64,000 nt of DNA from Tubiluchus corallicola. Its lineage: Eukaryota; Animalia; Priapulida. The notes beneath the pieces were generated by a model. It saw only the letters and a list, made by a program, of their open reading frames with translations, did no database searches and was not told the DNA's origin. Location of the stretch: contig JAQGDQ010000512.1 in NCBI GenBank assembly GCA_030141605.1, positions 62,001-126,000 on the forward strand, given 5' to 3'. A program made the translations under genes and the position numbers. Positions 49,294 through 64,000 of the stretch are shown here, one piece after another (positions within the stretch are counted from its first letter, which is position 1; each line of letters begins with the position of its first letter).

Positions 49294-51059
49294 TATAGTA
49301 AAAAGAGGACTTATTGCTCAACACAGTGAGTGGAGAACCGAGTGGGTGGAACTGCATTTACCATTCTTTGTCTTTGTCGGGGCATTCTCAACTACTTTTA
49401 CTACGAATCGGTCACAGCTTCCGTGGCTTTTACCGCTTGTGTTATTTTTTTAGAATGGCTAAAATTCCAAATTATAATATTTAGTTACTTGCTGCCTAGT
49501 TTGGTCAGTTCTAGGTCTTCTCTGAATTGTAACATAGCACTATTCGAATATGAAATGAAATGCTAAAGATTATGGCTTGTATATCCGTCTTGTTACCTGT
49601 ACAATTACGTGCTGAAATAAGGTTTGTTCACGTCATACGTGTCATAGTACAATAGGTTCTGTGAATAAACATTCCATTTATTGTTAAAATTTTTGTGTAT
49701 GTATTAATGTTTGTTTGCACTAAAGACTAAACTTAATGAACCCTTTCAGCCCCAAATTATTTTTTTAATAAGAAAATTTTTTGGCTTGGTACTTTTGTTC
49801 AGTATGCCCATCTTGTTTACACATAATAATTTTTTTCTACCTGTGCCCGTGTGCTAAATATAGCCTGTATCCCACGGGATACATTGAGATTCAATGGAAG
49901 CAAAAATGTGCTTCATTTTGCAACTGCTGATAATTTTTTAAAGTATTTAAGACATTTAGTATGCATGCTATGCTGATCTGTACAAAGTCGTCTCTAAAGT
50001 ACTGTACCTTGCACAGTTTTTATGCTATGTAGATTTTCTAGTTTGCCATTTTATCACTATTTTTAGTCTATTGTTATTGGCTTAAATCAAAACAACTATT
50101 AACAGATCAAATAACTGTCGGTTTTAAAATTTTATTAATTTTAAAGGCAGAAAATATTCTCGTATCCCATGGGACACAACGGGTATGAAAGGGTTAAGGA
50201 CAAGAATACCCGTAACTTAGCTAAATCTGTCTTGAAATTTTTTATCTCACATATATATATATATACTGCATTATTGTGCACGGAGGCTTTAGCAGCAACG
50301 CTGTAGGGCTGCTAATGCTAGCAATACGTATCGATAATTATCGATTATAGTATCAGTATGATTTGTTTTCATTGTTATCGTATAGACAGTATTCTGGGAA
50401 TATCGTTATCGTATGGAATTTGGCACGTATCGTTGCTTAACGCTTACTAGGGGTGAGCATCAAACGTTCGAATCGAATTCGAATGCTCGTATTCGATTCG
50501 AACGAGTTTTTTTAGTTCGAACTCGATTCGAATCCAAAACTATAGATTCGAATAATTCAGCACTTCAATCACATATGTTCCTGATCACTAAAACGATTGA
50601 AACAACATGCAATTAGCGTAATTTAGCAGTGAATTCTGTCCACAAATTACTAGTCGTTTTATTGCAGAACAAAATCTAGTGATACACATGATCTTTAATA
50701 GACTAATTAGTAAGACTAATTTTTACTTGTGGTTCGAAAACTTGTTCGAAAATCGTTCAAACACTGAAGTTCGGTTCGATTCCAATTCGAAAGTCACAAA
50801 TTCGGTTCGATTCGAATTCGCTTTCTGGTAGAGAATGCTCACCCCGAACGCTTACCTTTATAAAACTTCTCCACTTTTCGTTTCTATTTATTTAGAGCAA
50901 TTATCCAAAAAAGCGGATAGAGAAAATTATTTAAAATTATAAGCCTGCCAGATGCCGAATTATTTTGAGAAAAACTGAAACCATTTGGCTTACAACCAGT
51001 TATTATCTCACAATTAGTCTTGACAGCTTCATTTAATTACATAAACAATCGCGCAGGTA

Positions 51060-63256
<12,197 letters not shown>

Positions 63257-64000
63257 CTGAAATGAACATTTTCTCATTGTTTTTGTGGCACTAATGCAAA
63301 TCACTACCATTGTTGCTTCAGTAGACCTCTGACGGGGGACAAAATTATTTATTAAGTAATATTATCATGTATTAAGGGGGACAAAAAAACACTTCTCTAG
63401 GCACCTGGGTGATCGCACACGCGCCCGAGAATTTTAGAATTTTTTTGGTATATTTATATGCTTACCTGGGGCATATGAATGTACCAAATAAATGCACATT
63501 ATAAAAGCACATTTAAAAGGCCATATAAAATTGCGTTTCTTTTTAATTAAGTATGACTGTTTCAGCGAGGGCGCAGTCTTATTTGTTTATAGTTAACATT
63601 GTTTCAGCGAGGGCACAGTCATATTTGTCTATAGTTAACTCTTAGCATTTCTCACGACACTGGTGTTCATGCTGACCAGTGCTGCCATCTATTCTATAAC
63701 TGTCACAACATATGATAATTTAGGGCTTCATACTGTACAAAAAAAAACATAGGTTAATGGATAATTACATGATCATTTACTAATGTGAAACAAAAACTAA
63801 AAAAAAGTTGTGAAAAAATGTGCACTGAAAAAAATTAGAACATTACTGCTAAAGAGTGGGAAATAAACAAACTTTTATTGCAACTGAATTTAAATATTCC
63901 ACAATTGATCTTTAAACACTCGTACAGATTGAAAGCTTTAAATAGACATGACTGCGATGGCCAATGACAATGACGATGGCAATCACAACAGCAACAACTC

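Overview
AT-rich, repeat-dense genomic DNA from an invertebrate animal (the 5S-derived sequence looks lophotrochozoan, but the taxon cannot be fixed from this window). Four intron-rich genes were reconstructed by hand with phase-consistent GT-AG junctions: WDR6 (Trm734 orthologue, minus strand, runs off the left edge), PPCDC (minus), ATP6V0B (plus, complete, 214 aa, head-to-head with PPCDC) and MRPS22 (minus, 5' end beyond the right edge). Main finding: PPCDC has no stop codon in its last exon. Exon 25566-25718 encodes the PPCDC C-terminus and the WDR6 N-terminus in one frame, so 19 exons join into one PPCDC::WDR6 ORF of at least 1086 codons. Other notable items: a 116-bp array that copies an MRPS22 exon end plus splice donor 19 times and could form in-frame 42-nt microexons; a triplicated WDR6 acceptor tied to a Helitron-like end; a 43-aa repeat insert in WDR6; an LTR/mature-tRNA/inverted-LTR insertion; a twister ribozyme at the 5' end of an RTE relic; a 5S-headed SINE; a candidate U12 intron; a near-full-length CR1/L2-type LINE; and many MITEs and minisatellites. 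Homology calls come from recalled family motifs, not database searches.
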